From Lepidodermella squamata (Eukaryota > Animalia > Gastrotricha), in contig JBLDXI010000029.1 of NCBI GenBank assembly GCA_047495785.1, forward strand, positions 2,604,001 to 2,668,000: a stretch of DNA of 64,000 nt. Direction: 5' to 3'. The notes beneath the pieces are model-generated. The model was given only the letters and a program-made list of their open reading frames with translations. It was not told where the DNA came from and made no database searches. Every line of letters begins with the position of its first letter. Positions within the stretch are counted from its first letter, which is position 1. A program made the position numbers and the translations under genes. Below are positions 62,362 to 64,000 of this stretch, piece after piece.

Positions 62362-62499
62362 AAGCACCTCATAGGCATAATTTCTTCAAACGAAGGAAAA
62401 TGGCATTAGCTGCCACGCTATAAGAAATATTTCTTATAGGCTGTATAGCTTTCAGGTGGGTTAAGTTTACTCAAATGTGGATGTATAAGATGTTTTATT

Positions 62500-62682
62500 T
62501 ACACATCTGCTCAAATCATATTTTGATAAATAATTACACTATTCTGAAATCGGCTCTGCTCCCTGTAATTATCGCCACTATTTCTTGGGCTACCTAACTG
62601 ATGGATGCGTCTCTACTGCTTCAGAAACCAATGGAGGCCCTAAGTTTGTACCGTTCACAAATCCACCAGCCACACCACCTAG
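62500..62682 (+). pseudogene. Family pseudogene A8 (A7 paralog, exon 1 only, signal region deleted, cut by a LINE)
   Basis: 62365-62680 aligns with 60480-60822 (ASETNGGPKFVPFTNPP). Confidence 0.8.
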
Positions 62683-62684
62683 CT

Positions 62685-63275
62685 AATGATACACTGATAC
62701 ACTGATTTATTGTTGCAATTTGTCTCGCGACGTTTAGCAATTAAAAAGGGTCGAGGCGCCTCACCACCGATATAGTATATTGTTCTAGTTCACAGGCAAT
62801 GTTTTTAGTATATTTTACAAAATTAAAATGAGAGCTATTTACAACCTCAGAGGGTATAGAATTCCACGCCGCTCGCACACGTCGCACAAATGAATATTGA
62901 TAGTTCATTTTTCTGAACTTCTCCATCACAACCGCATGATTTGGCAATCGACCGTTTTTCGATATAGTGAAGAAACGAGAAAATTGTTCATCCACCATAT
63001 TCAGATAAAGCTTATGGCAGAGAGCTAGATCGTGCAGAAAACAGAAAACGACGCATCTCTAAGGATAACATTCCTAATTTCCGAAGTCTTTCTTCATATG
63101 AGGCACCTTCAATTGTCGAGTAGTATGAGCTGCGATATAATAATCTTTTTGTGAAACGGGCTTGTACAGATTCTAATGCCTGAATATCCTTGAGCAGATA
63201 TGGAGAGTACACAGAAGGGCAGTAGTCGAGTCTTGACATTGTGTAGGTCTTATAAGCCTTGAGTGCCTTGAGCTA
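62685..63275 (-). mobile_element. 3' end of a CR1/L2-group LINE
   Basis: RLDYCPSVYSPYLLKDIQALESVQARFTKRL...YEERLRKLGMLSLEMRR and SFVRRVRAAWNSIPSEVV, ending in AATAAA plus a (TCAGTGTA)n tail. Confidence 0.88.
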
Positions 63276-64000
63276 GAATGAGTGCCCACCGCAAATATTT
63301 GGGACGTTTCGATAACAATCTGTGTGCCAAGTAGTGATCCATGCCCGACGAGCCAGACTTGCCTAACCACAGTAAGCCTCGGTTTTTTACCCGTGTTTAC
63401 TGCATACGTGACATCGTGTAAGTTGTAAGTTGTTGCAGTTTCGCTAAAATTGAAAGGTTTACGCTCTGGCGCTATATTGCTTTGGCAAATATTTTGGCAA
63501 ATATGAGTGGTGGAATCGTCATTTATATTTCTTGTAAAATCTCGTCCATTAACTGAGCGGAACTGAGCGAATGAACGTGGACAGATAACTCTTTTTCCAA
63601 CCAGATGTATGTAGAAAGCGCCTAATTTTGAAGCTAAATAAAGTCGAACCGTGGTTTTTAACTTTGCTATATGAGCCAAGCATACCACCAGGAAAAATCA
63701 CAAAAGCTGGCCTTCTGTGTTGTATTTCGAAAGATTTATAGAGATGATTGAGTGCTGACTCGCCAGAGTGTTGCTTCAAAGGGCAGGAGATTATGTAACT
63801 CGTTTTCCCGGAGTAATGAACTCAGCTGCGGACTTGCGAGAGAGCAATAGAAATCGATCGACGGAAGGCTGCAGGGAACGAATACACAGTGACAATGAAA
63901 TCCTCGAACTGACAAGTGAGTCTGCAACACTCTATTATCTCTATGGTCTGCAAGAAAACCTTTCGAGAGAACATCTACGATGGCGTAGTTGTGAGTTCGG

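Overview
Eukaryotic DNA, most likely an invertebrate animal (short GT-AG introns, animal-type transposons; the taxon cannot be fixed from the sequence). Positions 1-5.4 kb look like part of a Maverick/Polinton: the C-terminus of a protein-primed PolB, palindromic repeats and a probable 4-exon orphan gene. Positions 5.7-7.4 kb are the 3' end of an LTR element carrying an extra acidic ORF. From about 12.5 to 62.7 kb lies a tandem cluster of one secreted cysteine-rich gene family that I do not recognise. I reconstructed 11 apparently intact spliced genes by hand (A1-A5 and A7 on +, B1-B5 on -) plus 2 pseudogenes. Each protein has a signal peptide, a variable number of short Cys/Ser/Thr/Pro repeats (CP[ST]GQSC[LS]STSNP-type) and a ~165-185 aa C-terminal domain with 10 conserved Cys and variable loops. 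All introns are phase 0, copies look mosaic, and one copy has lost an intron precisely. The cluster is full of MITEs (hAT, Tc1/mariner, MULE foldback), two young non-autonomous LTR elements, LINE and Gypsy relics, tRNA-like cassettes and one 145-bp insertion carrying a Penelope-type minimal hammerhead ribozyme. All models and alignments were made by eye; no database searches were run.
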